In this document: in pieces, positions 9,955 to 22,380 of the stretch
Layout of the letters: each line of letters begins with the position of its first letter
How positions within the stretch are numbered: position 1 is the stretch's first letter
From: Lama guanicoe
Lineage: Eukaryota
DNA length: 64,000 nucleotides
Reading direction: 5' to 3'
Assembly (NCBI GenBank): GCA_013239625.1
Contig: MU053881.1
Span: 4,299,957 to 4,363,956, forward strand
Notes under the pieces: generated by a model
What the model was told of the DNA's origin: nothing
What the model saw: only the letters and a program-made list of their open reading frames with translations
Databases searched by the model: none
Made by a program: the position numbers and the translations under genes

Positions 9955-10340
9955 CTACTATTGTGAAAGCACAGAAAACCCAAATGAAAAATGACTAAAA
10001 CAAATAATTTCCTTTCTCACATAAAAGAAGTTTGGGAGAATCAATACAGGGTGGGTGGTGTGGGTTCAAGTAGTCATCAGAACGAGTGTTCCTTCCTCTT
10101 TCACTCCTCTTCCCTCCTCAAAGTGTAACTGCTGCCTGGGATCTAAGATAGTTGGCCAGGCTCTCGCCATCACATCTGTATTCCAGACCGAAGGAAGGAG
10201 GAAAAGATGAAAAGGACACAACCCTTCTCTTTGAGGAAGATTTTCAGAAGACATACATATCACTTCCGTTCTCTTCTCTTTGGCCAGAGTTTGGCCATGT
10301 GGCCACACCCAATGGCAAAAGAGGTTGGGAAGTACGGTGT
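9955..10340 (-). mobile_element. MLT1 (ERVL-MaLR, J/K-like) solo LTR
   Basis: gcacagaaaaccca...ttggccagagtttggccatgtggccacaccc...gaggttgggaa. Confidence 0.65.
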
Positions 10341-11989
10341 TTATTTATGTAATTAGGTAAAAATTTCTATTCTATTACCAAAGAAGCAAAAGGAGGTGTA
10401 TATTGGGGGGTGGGGCACATAGACCCAGAGACGTTTCATGACTCACCTGAGGTCTTATAGCCAAGTCAGTGCCCTCATTTGGCAGGTGAGGAAACAGGTC
10501 CAGAGAAGGGTCTTGTCTAAAATAGCTCAGGATTATGCCCAGCACACAGTAGGCCTTTAGCGAGCTTGTTGCATTAAAGTTTGTTGCATTAAGTTTGAAT
10601 TAATTTGCTTTCTCCTTTATATGCAAGTCATGCAAAGCAATAAATGTTAGGTTGCCTTTAACAATAAGCATACCTTGGGAAAATGGGGGTCAAATGCAGA
10701 AATCTCTTCATAGCATACATCAAGTTTCTCTTGGCATAAAACGTCTACTACGCTGCCGAGCTTAGGGCAAATCAGTCACCGTAAATTCCCGTGAGAGGAT
10801 TTATAAACTTAGTAAACCACTTCAATCTCGTGTAAAACACATTATGAGGGTAATAGCTTCATTTGGCCGAGTCATCTTAGGTGCAGTTTCACGACTGCAT
10901 TAAGCCAGTCTCTATTGATATACCCTCATTGTTAAACAGCTTCTTAATGGAGTGGATTGCCTTGAAGCCATTGGGTAGTTGCACACACGCATGTACGTAC
11001 ACACAAAGTTATCACCAGCTGAAAACAACTGCGGGCGCCGGAATTAGGTCGCACTAACGAGCAATATCATATACAATTGGATGTGCCTGTTTCTAATGGA
11101 GCTGAGTTGATTCTCAGTGATGGGTTTCTTGAAATGACCTGGCCCCCCACAGAAGTACCTTCAGGTTCAACAGCCCATGTGAAATATAATAAATACATAA
11201 ATAATTTAGCAAGGGAAATAGGTAGTGTTATGGCCATACTTCTGTGCTACTATTATTTAAAAGCCTGGCAGCTTGGTAGTTAGAAACCGCTACGTCCAGG
11301 GGTGTTGTAATTCACCATTTGCTCGGAGTTGAAATGAGGCTGAGGGGAGCTCCAGGCCCCTAGCTCATATTTTATTTAGAGGCAGGTTATTTTTTTTTTA
11401 ATCCATTTGACCACTTAAGTTCCAAATTTAGAAAGAGGAAAAAGAAAGAAACACGTGTCACATTTAGAAGTTTAGAATCTAGTTAGACTCTCCTTAGACA
11501 GGCTCTGGGGTGCATTTTATAAGCCACATTCTACAAACTTGTAAGTGCGTGAATTGAGTTCAAAAATTAGTTTCATTTTGTGTGTGTGTGTGTGCACGCG
11601 CGTGCGTGTGTTTCTTTTTAATCCTGTATACGGCAGTTTATGAGGTTATGTTTTTCAAATTCTAGTCCTTTTTAAAAACTCGGGCACATAATTTTTGCTT
11701 TATTGTTGTCTGATCTACCTTATTTATTATTCACGCAACATTATTTGGCAGTGGACTCAGTTTTTTAGAACTTAACTGAATAAGTTTAAAAGAAAAATTC
11801 TGTATCACGAATGTAAATAGAAAAATCAATACACCATGCCATAAACAGAGGCCATCATTTATTTTTTCCGAACACACACTGAAATAAATACATACTAAGT
11901 CAAACAAAAGCCTAGAAATTGAAATAAGAGTTCCTCTGTGTACTGCCTAAAAACATCTCAAGAATGGTCAGTGGCACTTTTAGGGAAGC

Positions 11990-12240
11990 CTGGCTTACTG
12001 GTTAAGTAATATGTACCTTTCAAATCAGGCAAGTTTGGTTCAAGCCCCACCTCTGCCATTTGCCAGCCGAATAACTCACGAGTAGGTCTTTTGTCTCTCT
12101 GAGCCTCAGTTTCTGCATCTGGAAAATGGGGATAAAAATTATTGAGCAGTTAGTTGAGAGAACTATATGAAGCAATACATGTAAAGCTCTTGGCATGACA
12201 TTTAACCTATAGCAAGTGTCTAAGAAATGTCTGTTAAAAT
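11990..12240 (+). mobile_element. MIR SINE, near full length
   Basis: ggttcaagcccc...ctgagcctcagtttctgcatctggaaaatggggata...catgtaaagctcttggca. Confidence 0.8.
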
Positions 12241-12739
12241 TTGTGATTGTGGAGATGTGGGTCGTCACAGAGAATTAAAGACCAACAAATTCAGTTCAGA
12301 ACAAACAAAATGTGCTAGGTGTCTACCATATGACAGGCTCTGTGGTAGGCCCTGAGGACATGGAGATAAGTCTTGAAGTGACAGATATGTATATCTAGTG
12401 ACAGTGGTTTATGGGATGTGCAGTGAGAGGTATGTGCTCAGGTTATGATGGCGGGCCAGAAGGGGACATGATGAAAGTCAATCTCAGGGAAGAAAAATAT
12501 GCAGATCCCCAAATCAGGCCTTTCCTGATAGCTTATGGGAACATACATCAGTACTGGTAGGTTCCAGGTAAGTTGGATTTCTGCTGGGGAACAGAAGGTG
12601 CATGAAATTTAAACATACATACAGCAATGGAGACATATTTGCTTACAGGTTTAAGTGACATTAATGAATTGGTGAATATCATTTTCAAAGTCAGATGGTG
12701 GTCCAGCAACATGTAAATGAAAGTTTAAATTTCTGCCCT

Positions 12740-12900
12740 TCTGTAGAGGTCACAGTGGCTCACAGATGTTTTTCGTTTGGCCGGCAGAATGATTTGTGTG
12801 GTTTTTTTGAACTATTATTGTTACTTGCTAACATGTAAAAAGTATGCAATTCCATGAGAAAACCCAGATTTGTGTCCTCTGTTTAAAAAGTGGAGGCTGT
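12740..12900. mobile_element. hAT-Charlie fragment (MER102-like)
   Basis: gtttggccggcag...ttgctaacatgtaaaa...aaaacccagattt resembles the recalled consensus. Confidence 0.45.
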
Positions 12901-15039
12901 GGTTAGCTGAATCCATGTCCCCACATGTGGCCGTTTAGGGCTGGAGTTGAGTAGGGCTGCTGCTGTTGTAAGATGGGGCGTTTGCTCTGCGGGAAATCAT
13001 AGTCGCTACCCTCAGGCAGGTACAACTCCTGCCTTGACGCCATGCGGCCAGACGTCTATAAAGCCAGAGGATGCCCCCGCTGCCTCTTCTAGACCATGCT
13101 GCTGGGTGCAGACCCTGGAGTTCCCTGCCCAAATGACCCCAGCCTGCTTCCAGAGCCTGCAGGCCCCTCTTTCTCAGTTAGTTCTCCCAAGGGTGGTCAG
13201 CACTGCGAGGGAGCACACCCCGTGCCCAGGGGTGACCGAGAGAAAGTTGGGGTGTCCATTCCCACCTGCACAAAGTTCCTTGCTGTGGGAGATGGAGTCA
13301 AGCACAGGAAGAAAAGAACAGACGATGTGCTGAGTGGGATAGGGAGGGCCCTTGGCCTGAGGACCAGTCCTCCCCACGTCATCATCTTCAGGTCAGGAAA
13401 TCCGAGGAGTCTGAGAAGTCTAAATCTGCACCTGGCCTTGCAAGTCACTACAAAGTTACATTTGTTCAGGTAGGAGACTAGAAGTTACTTCAGTTCATTA
13501 ACTCAATGTATAACTTGTAAGTATTGAGTCATATAGTAAATGAACTTCCATTTACGCTCTTTCCAGGGCCTGCAAGTATCAGCAGATATTAGGAGTGGGC
13601 CTGCTGGCGGATTTTCATCCTTCCTCCTTGCTGCCTGGCCCCCATCAGTACTTGAGTTTGTGGCTCCCGCTAGACTGGGAACTTTGTGAGGATGGGAAGT
13701 GTACATGATTTTCGTGGTTTAGCCCCCGCCCAAGCACAGTCCTCGGCTGTGGTACCCAATTAATACTGAATGATGCCTACCTAGCCTGAGAGATGATAGT
13801 CCAGGTTTGTCCTCTTGGAATGATTTTCTCCTGTCATAGATGGCCACACATCGCAGATGATTTTAAATCATCTCCTTAGAAACTTCAATTATGGCTAGGA
13901 ATGTTTTTGGTTATTTCTGTCTTTCTTATGTGAAACAAATTTACATACATGGTAAAATAATCTGAAAGGTTTACAAAAAAGTAAAAAGAAGGCAAAACCA
14001 TCACACATCACCCTGACTCTGCCTGGGCAGCCATTATTAACATTTTGATTTATTTATTTCAGTCCCTTTTTGTATGTTTTTTTTCATAGTTGAGATGCCA
14101 CCCAGAGATTTATGACAGTGAGCTGCCACATTCCAACAATTTGAGCAGATTTCTTGCTGCTGTTTGTCGTTCCCTGTGATGCATTTTAAAAGATGAATTG
14201 CGTACGAAACTCCTAGATTTCATGGAGAAATACTGAAGTGGGGAGTGTTATAAGGCATTTTCCCCAGAGGTGAATGATGTGGTTCTACATTTTTGCGTCG
14301 GGGAGTGTTTGGGATGCGGCCTACTTACCAATTGTTCATCATTTTTATCAATATCATAATCACCATCAAGGGTCAATTATTAGCCATCTCCCTTTTTACA
14401 ACCTTTTCCTGTTAAGCTCGGTGTGAAGAATGCTATGTACTCTTGGCCCCTTCTCTTTTGAAGCCGATGGACCACCAGGCACACGAGCGTGTTGCTCTGA
14501 CTGCAGTCCACAAACACTGATCAGGTGGGGCCTGAATGCCACGCACTACTGAAATCCCCAGACTACCCAGTGTAACGGAGGAGAGGTGGCCAATTTCCAA
14601 ACTGCAACAAGCGTGACAAGCCAATAAATCAGGGTGTCATGGGGACATGGAAGAGAAGCTGCCTTACTCACCCGGGGCTCCAGGGAGGGCTTCCAAGAAG
14701 CGGAGATATTTGAGAGCTGTGTGGAAAACTGAGCTGGAGGTTGGCAGCGGTGGAAAGGAATCTGGTGTCAGGTTGAGGCCCATTGAGGGTGTGGCTGGTG
14801 CAGAGGCAGGCACCCAATGAATATTTATTGACTGTGTACTACGTAACAGGGCCCATGCTGGGTCCTCAGAAGAGTGAGGTGGATGGGGTTAATGAATGAA
14901 TACATGAACAGATCTCTGGGTAACATCCTACCTGATAGAACACTTCAGAAATACATCCTAATAATTAAGCCCAAATCCAAGGCATTCTAGATCGTTAATA
15001 AAAGTAATTTAAAATGTCCTCTACAATTTGGCACTATTT

Positions 15040-16030
15040 ATTATAAAAAAAAATGTGCATATACCATGAGCCAGAAATTCTCTTTCTTGGTTTCTACTGT
15101 AGAGGAAAAACCTGCTTAAATCATTTGTTTGAATACAAGGATGTACACATTGCAGCACTATTTGTAAAAATGAAAAACAATTGGGATCAACTCAAATATT
15201 CATACTTAGATGAGTGGCTATCAAAACTAGGCTGACTCTATCCCATAGAAATGTATGAAAAGTTAGAAAGAGTGAGGTAGATTTCTATACACGCAGTAAA
15301 GGCTATGAGACAGACAGCTGAGGGGAAAAAAAATCGCATAATACACATACAATAATGGTGTCATTCACCTAAAAAAATCCGCTCACAAAAATGCCATGTT
15401 TTTTATAGCTAAAGAGATATACATGTTTTTATTAGTTCATAGAAATACATTTTATATAAGCACGCAGAGACTTAATAAATCTCATTGATTGGGGGCTTTT
15501 GCTGGAATGAAAACTGTGGCTACCTCCGAGGGGTTCAGAGATTGGAGGAGCTAGTGAAAAGAGCTACAGGCCTTCCCTTTTAAAATCTTTTACAAGGAGT
15601 GTGTATTCGATGAGTTGCTTCTGCAAATTAAAGATTAATTAAAATGATGAAAATATTCTTTCAGGGTTAATCAGAGCCACTTATTTAGAATCAAATTGAG
15701 CAACACGAAACAAGATACTAAGATGTTCCTACCTTGTGACCCAGCAATTTCCCTTTTAGGAATCCATCCAAAGGAAATAATCTCAGAGTCACAAAGATTT
15801 TCATATAAAGATGTTCAATGCAGTATTATTTATCACAGTGGGAAAAAAAGGGGAATCATCTGAAATGTACAATAACTGGTGAAAGCTTCAATGGTAAGTT
15901 TATGTAATGGAATGTTGAGTAGTCATCCAAACCTTGTTGCAGAAAATTTTATTGCCTTGTAAAAGTGTTAACAAAGTAATACTGAGTCAGAATATAAAAA
16001 TGTGAAGGTAGTATGATCTCAGATATAAGA
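15040..16030 (+). mobile_element. Ancient L1 (L1M-type) 3' fragments, at least two pieces
   Basis: gagccagaaattc...attgcagcactatttgtaa; gacccagcaatttccc...gatgttcaatgcagtattattt. Confidence 0.65.
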
Positions 16031-18869
16031 TAAGTCCAGATACACATACACAGGGCCACGGGGGTCGGGTAGGGGAACCAGGAGAGCGATTTGACTGGGC
16101 TGCATGTTCCCCCAAGGTCTCAAATTTAGACTTTTGACATGATCTCTAAATGCAGTTATATAAATAATCACAGGGATGCTCTGAATAGTCACACAGAGTC
16201 ACAGAGCTCCTCTTGCTGACACCATGTGACTCTGATTGTTGCACATAAATATTTAAAATACAGCACAGTTTTTTTTTTTTTCCCATCCTGCTTTCATATG
16301 TGCCTCCCAAATAGAGGAAGCCCAGACTGCTCTCGCTGGGTGAGGGGACCTGTTTCACCCCAGGCACAAAGGATCACGAGGAAATACCCCAAACAGAGGC
16401 TGTGCAGGCTGGTTGTCTCTTGGCATTTAGATTTTTTTTAATGGAGAATTTTCTGCTTTTCCTAAATTTTCTACAATAAGCATGTATATTTCTTTCATAA
16501 TTTAAAAATAGCTCCTAGAGTAAGAATGTTAAAAACAAACAAGTAGGAAAAGGAAAAAAAACAAAAAACAAAAAAACAGAAGAGGAAATGTCCTCCTTTA
16601 GAACACAAAGGCAGCGCCTGGCTGGAGAATGTGCCACATCAGGATGTCCCCGGGCGGAGTCCTCGGCAGGCTGGCACCAGGGCTGGAGAGAAAGAAGGCA
16701 GCTGGACCCTGCTCCAGCGTGTCCCAGGAGGGCCGGTGTGACTCGGGCCCCCACCCCTCCCCACGCTGCCCTCCTGGGGGAGGCCAGAGAGGTTCCCCGG
16801 CCAGAAGGGCAAAAGAGGATTGTGGTTCAAAGCCCAACCTGGTGTTTGGAGGGGGCGGGGAGATCATCGAGGCTCCTGATAGACAGGCGAACCTGCCTCC
16901 GTGGCTCTAAATCAGAAATGCCCAAGAGCAGGGAGGAGCCGCTCTTTCAGGTCGGGCTGATAAATAAATCCCTTTATCGGGGGACTTCAGAATAGAGGAT
17001 TTATTCGCATGGCAGACAGGCTACAGGCAGGATGGCAGGCACAAGAGGCTAGGAAGACAAGAATCACTAGATTTTTATGGTGGAATCACTTATTAATAGA
17101 TTTTGTCCTAGTCTTGACAATTTCAAGGCATGTGTATGTGTGTGTCTGTGTGTGTGTGTGTTACAGGCAACAAAAGTGAATACTCCTTCCCACCACCCTC
17201 CACCCCCACGCTCCAGGCTTTTTCTTCCCACTAACAAAGCAGATATAACTGGTTCTATCAGCAGAACAAACACGAGGCATTCAGTTTTCCCCCTGGTGAG
17301 GAAATCGCTCCTGCCCCCTCACCAGAGGAACACGCGCACTGATGGGTCAGGGAGCAAGCAGGGAGTCTAGCGGTGAACAGCTGGGGCCGGGAGCCAGCAC
17401 CCTCATTAGAGGAAGTTGCTACTATTTCCAGCCTGCCTCTATTCACTGAAAGCAGGTCATTACAAACACAGCGCGTTTTTGCATATTAACCAAATTAAAA
17501 TAATAATATGTTCCCTCCTTTCATGTGCTATACTGATAAATCCCAATTTATGAATGAAACATGCTGATTAGTTAGTTAAAAAATAATGAGTCCCAGAATG
17601 TGTTTCTGAGTTGGAGACTTAATGAATGCACACACAGATATGTCTTCCCTAGTCCTCAGCACATTAGTCTTTTAAAGAAAAATATTCATAGGATGATGCG
17701 TTCACGAGAGAAGAATGATGAAGTAGCCTGATTTTATTTTCCTTTTTTTCTCTCCGCATAATGTAAAATTTGGATGGTATTTGGTGCCTGGGTTAATTCA
17801 GGCTTGGTCATTTTGGAAATACGGATCCAAGGGATGACTAGACTGAATTTTGAGGCTCAGGTTGTCAAGAGAAACAGTTTCAACTCAGAAGCTCCTCTTG
17901 TCCTGAAAAGGACTTTCCAAGTCTGAGATCGAGTCTTCATTTTGGGGGCTCAAAGGTTAATGACAGAAAGACCAGCAGTGGAGAACCAGGGTGTAGCATC
18001 CACAAGACCTGAGCGGGGTCTGTTAGATTTTCATTGTGTTCCCACAGCTGGGAAAACCCCAATACTGGGTCTCAGACAAAATCTGGGTTCTTTGGCCACT
18101 GAGAATCAAAAGTTTCCAGACACTCCAAGGACAAAGGGGCATAAGGATGACCGCCAAGCCAAGGGCCTTTAACTCGAAGACCGGCTCACCATTCCTAACC
18201 CTGGCGACTGTACACTGCACAACTACACCTTGCAACACACTTCAGCTTTTACTGCAATGTATATTGGAAAAACCACCCTTGAAGATGCCTAAACTTTCCT
18301 ATCCAATGTGTGTTGTACCGTAAGATGGTTTAGCTTCCATTGTTGGACCAGATCACAGTTTCTTTGATTAAGCCCCAAAGTATAGGTTTGCATTTAAGAA
18401 CCTTGTGGCATGGCAATCACACTGAGATGCTTTAGCTGTGAGAGGCCATGTGTGAGGGGAACTGCACATCCAGGACTCTTCCCCACAATTACTCCGGGGT
18501 GCAGGCCATTAAAATGTTCTGTTTTTTTGTGTGTTTTCTTTTCCCAAATAGCTATGGTGCAATTCACATAAGTGAAACAGTCCTATTCCCCTGCAGGATA
18601 TGGGCTAATAGAATGGGGTTTGCTGTCAGACAGGCCTGGCTGTCCAATCTGAGTTTCAACGTGTGTATCTGTAACTTCGGGATGATAATAACTAACACCG
18701 ATTTAACACCTGTTCCATGCCAGGGACTGCCTTAGGTATTTTATATATATATATCTCTTCACTCCTCCGATCTTGGCAATTCATCTCCCTCTGACAGGCA
18801 GGAGGGAACACAGTAGACAACAATACATGGCAGCTACATTATTGCCCCTCTTCAGTCTCATCCTCTGTG

Positions 18870-19420
18870 ACTTCCCATCACCCTGCCTCCACTTCACTCA
18901 TTCATTTATTCATTCAACATACGTCTCCTGACCACTCTGGGCCTCTAAGGGACCAGGAACAAAGAGGTCTCGATAGTTCCCCCAACTGACTCTCCTAATC
19001 CGTGCTCTTGAAGTCTGTCTGCCTAATGACCAAGCCCTCACAACCCAGCTCAGGCGTCTCCTCCTCCTTGAAGCTCTCTCTAGGTCTACCACGAGTTGAT
19101 ATTCACCTAGTTTTATGTAAAGGCTGGAATTTGTTCTGATGGATTAGGCAACCATTCTGCCCAGTCCTTCGGTTTCAGTTGTAAAACATCTTGAAAATCC
19201 CGCCCATACCCCGACACCCAGCCTTCTTTCTCTTTCCTCACTCTGGGATTCCCCCAGCTCTCTGCATGCATCTCCACCTTTACTTTATTATCCTGCATTT
19301 TCATTGTTGGTTTCATTTCCTCTCGCACCTCTCCGACCTGACTGTGAGCCCCTGGAGGGCAAGTCTGAATGCTATGCATCTCTGGCACTGGCCCAGGGCT
19401 GGCCACTAGAAACCATCAGT
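18870..19420 (+). mobile_element. L2 fragments
   Basis: ttcattcaaca...ctgtgagccc...ctggcactggcccagggctggc. Confidence 0.5.
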
Positions 19421-20084
19421 AATGGAGAGAGAAGGTGAGGAGAGAGAGGAAGATGGGTAGAAGACAAGAAACTCAGGGGCGGTGGGGGGGGGGACGAGCT
19501 GGTGTGTTTGGGGCCCATGTGTTGATCACCATGAGGAAGTGGCCACAGGCTATAAAGCTGTCTTCATAGACACCTCCCCCAGCCATCTGCCCCCAAAATT
19601 CTGGCACTAAGAAATCTCTGCCTTTCCTATAAAAAAATGTCAGCTCATATGCAAATTGTGTGTAAGTGTTGAGTATTATCCGGGTTTTGCATTTGGAAAG
19701 GAAAAAAAAAACATCTCTTGCTCTTGCCTGTGTCTGTTTCATTGTCCGGCCCTTTGAAGGCGCTGGTCTGTGAGTGTCTGTGCCAGTGCGTATGGCTGAG
19801 AATGGATGCTTTATTTGCAAAGGAAGCAAGGCTTTTCTTTGGCTGGTTCTCTGAACCCAGCTGCCAGTCACAGGGCTGGCTGGCTCAGTCTGCTTCAAGG
19901 AAGTCTCCGGTCTGTGGTTCAGGTCTGTATTGAGGAGGCTGCTGCCTTTCCGGGCAGGCCTTTAGGACATCCCTCGAGTTGGGAGTGTCTTGGGGCCGCA
20001 GAAGGCCCACAGCCCAAGTACCAGGCAGCACAGAGCAAGGGCACAGAGCTTCGATCTGCCTTCCTCCTCGGGAGGCTGTGTGCC

Positions 20085-20260
20085 GCAGTGGAAAGGAGTC
20101 AGGTAGACAGTCTGGCTCTGAGTCTCCAGTTGTGTGATCTCAGACAAGCTTTCTGATGTCTCTGTTCCTCAATTTCCTCATCATAAAAATGGGGAGAGCG
20201 GAATTGCCACCTCGTTAGAGTTGCTGTAAAGAATGAGTGAAATAATGCAGCTGATCACAT
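20085..20260 (+). mobile_element. MIR SINE
   Basis: cctcaatttcctcatcataaaaatgggg. Confidence 0.7.
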
Positions 20261-20299
20261 CTTGTGAACGGAAAGTACATGTCAACACGTTATTCTATT

Positions 20300-21005
20300 T
20301 TGTTTATTTTATTGAGGTATAGTTGATTTATGGTGTTTCAGGTGTACAGCAAAGTGATTGAGCTATCATACATCTAGCCTTTCTCAGATTATTTTCCATT
20401 ATAGGTTATCACAAGATATTGAATATCGTTCCCTGTGCTAGACAGTAGGTCTTTGTTGTTTATCTATTATTTATTTATTATGTTTTAATTGAAGTATAGT
20501 CAGTTACAATGTGTCCATTTCTGGTGCACAGTTCAATGTCCCAGTCATGCACATTCATACATATATTCATTTTCATATTCTTTTTTATTAAAGGTTATTA
20601 CAAGGTATTGAATATAGTTCCCAGTGCTATACAAAAGAAATTTGTTTTTTTAAATCTATTTTTATATATAGTGGCTAATATTTGCAGTGGTGGTGTGTAT
20701 ATGCTAATCCCAAATTCCCAGTTTATCCTTCCCCCCGCCTTTCCCCTTGGACAATCATTAGTTTGTTTTCTATGTCTGTGAGTCTATATCTGTTTTGTAA
20801 ATAAGTTCATTTGTATTATTTTCTTAGATTCCACCTGTAAGTGTTATCATATGATACTTATCCTTCTCTGTCTGACTTACTTCACTTAGTGTGATCATCT
20901 CCAGGTCCACCCATATTGCTGCAAATGGAATTCTTTCTTTCTCATGGCTGAGTAATATTCCATCATATATGTATACCATGTCTTCTTTACCCATTCATCT
21001 GTCAA
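20300..21005 (-). mobile_element. L1 3' end (artiodactyl type) containing a nested second L1 3' fragment (~20470-20686)
   Basis: attgaggtatagttgattta...tgtctgacttacttcacttag...ccattcatctgtcaatg, with a second attgaagtatagtcagttacaatg start inside. Confidence 0.85.
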
Positions 21006-21009
21006 TGTG

Positions 21010-22020
21010 TTATTAACAGGAGAGTCAAATGGGAGTTTCAGCCAGGATGCCCAGGTATGGCAGCTGCTGCATTCCGCAGGAGGGGCAAGGCCAGCCAAGT
21101 GCAAAGTTTACAAAACAGAAAATTTTAAACACCAGTTGCACCCTTCTCAAAGCTCCTCATCATTTTGGAGGATCGAAAAGGGGTGGTTGTTGGAATTTCG
21201 GGAAGGTTTTGTGAAGCCTTGGAGAAGGAGTTTATGCAAACTCCACAGTGCCCTGCAGCCCCAGCCCATGGGGACTCTCAGAGAGCTTGTTCTGTGTGCC
21301 CTGACTCTGCTCACGAAAGCTGCAGTGGCTAGTGGCAGCAGAGAAGGGGAAGGAGGGACATGGCCCTAAGATGGCAGGTTAGAGGTAGGCGAAATGAGGA
21401 CGAGGGCCAGTGGACTGTCACATTCAGAATAGCAATAGGAACGTCAGCCTGGCATCCTTGTCAAAGGGATCCTGTCTGAAGCAAGTACCTGAAGGGAGAG
21501 GCCAAGAGGGGGAATGGGGACACTGGCCAAATGGAAAGCCAGGGCCTGTCATCATAGGCAGTCCAGCAGAAGCATCTCCAGAAAACCTGGGTGTGAAACT
21601 GCCAACTGAAAACACCTGTCAGACTCAGAGAGCGCAAAGCCAGGCTTTGACGGTCCCAAACAACTGAGAACTGTCCTAACCCCCTTACCTTCCTTCTCTA
21701 TCGCCACATGATCCTTGGAGGGACCAGAAACTAGGTTAGCGAGCTAGTGGAGGAGAACATACACCAAACCGGCAAGATCCTGTTGGTACTGGGCCCTGGT
21801 GGGAAGAGGGGACAAGAGCTGAGAAGTGAATTGAAGAAGCTGTTCCTGACTTAAAGTGACCACAGGACCTTTTATTACCTAGTAGTGATTAGAAAATTCA
21901 TGGGGCTGCCCATAATCTCATTCTGGAGTGAAGAACAGATTACATGCAATGAATAGGTTTAAAGGGAGATGGGAGACAAAAATCAAGTTGCTATTACAAG
22001 AATCCTGCTTGTTCAGTCTA
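21010..22020 (+). mobile_element. Possible ancient LTR remnant (family unresolved)
   Basis: Purine-rich body ending ggagacaaaaatcaagttgc...gcttgttcagtct, resembling old LTR 3' ends. Confidence 0.3.
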
Positions 22021-22025
22021 TTGGA

Positions 22026-22150
22026 GGGGGAGGGGATAGCTCAGTGGTAGAGCGCATGCTTAGCATGTATGAGGTCCTGGTTCAATCCCCAGTACCTCCA
22101 TTAAAATAAATAAATACACTTAATTCCCCGTTAAAAAAAAGTTTTTAAAA
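22026..22150 (+). mobile_element. tRNA-Ala(AGC)-derived SINE (camelid vic-1-like)
   Basis: ggggaggggatagctcagtggtagagcgcatgcttagcatgtatgaggtcctggttcaatccccagtacctcca plus A-rich tail; flanking tattgga repeats at 22019-22025 and 22161-22167. Confidence 0.85.
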
Positions 22151-22179
22151 ATTGTAACTGTATTGGATATACTATACTA

Positions 22180-22380
22180 TTTGTACTTACCTAGCACTAA
22201 CCATGGGCTAAGTACTTGCAAAACATTTTATATTTTCAAAATAATCCATGGAGGTAGGTGCTATCATATGGTCCATTTTGCAGAGGAAGAAACTGAGGTT
22301 CGGAAAGTTGGTTCATCGGACACAGGTTGCAGGATGGATGGGAAGGAGCCAGGACTGGAACCAGGCAGTCATGCTCCAGA
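22180..22380 (-). mobile_element. MIR SINE
   Basis: ccattttgcagaggaagaaactgaggttc. Confidence 0.7.

Noticed and set aside
22029..22100. Functional tRNA-Ala gene
   Set aside because: Extra 5' G run, T-stem deletion, acceptor mismatch, A-rich tail, flanking direct repeat and a second diverged copy all indicate a SINE.
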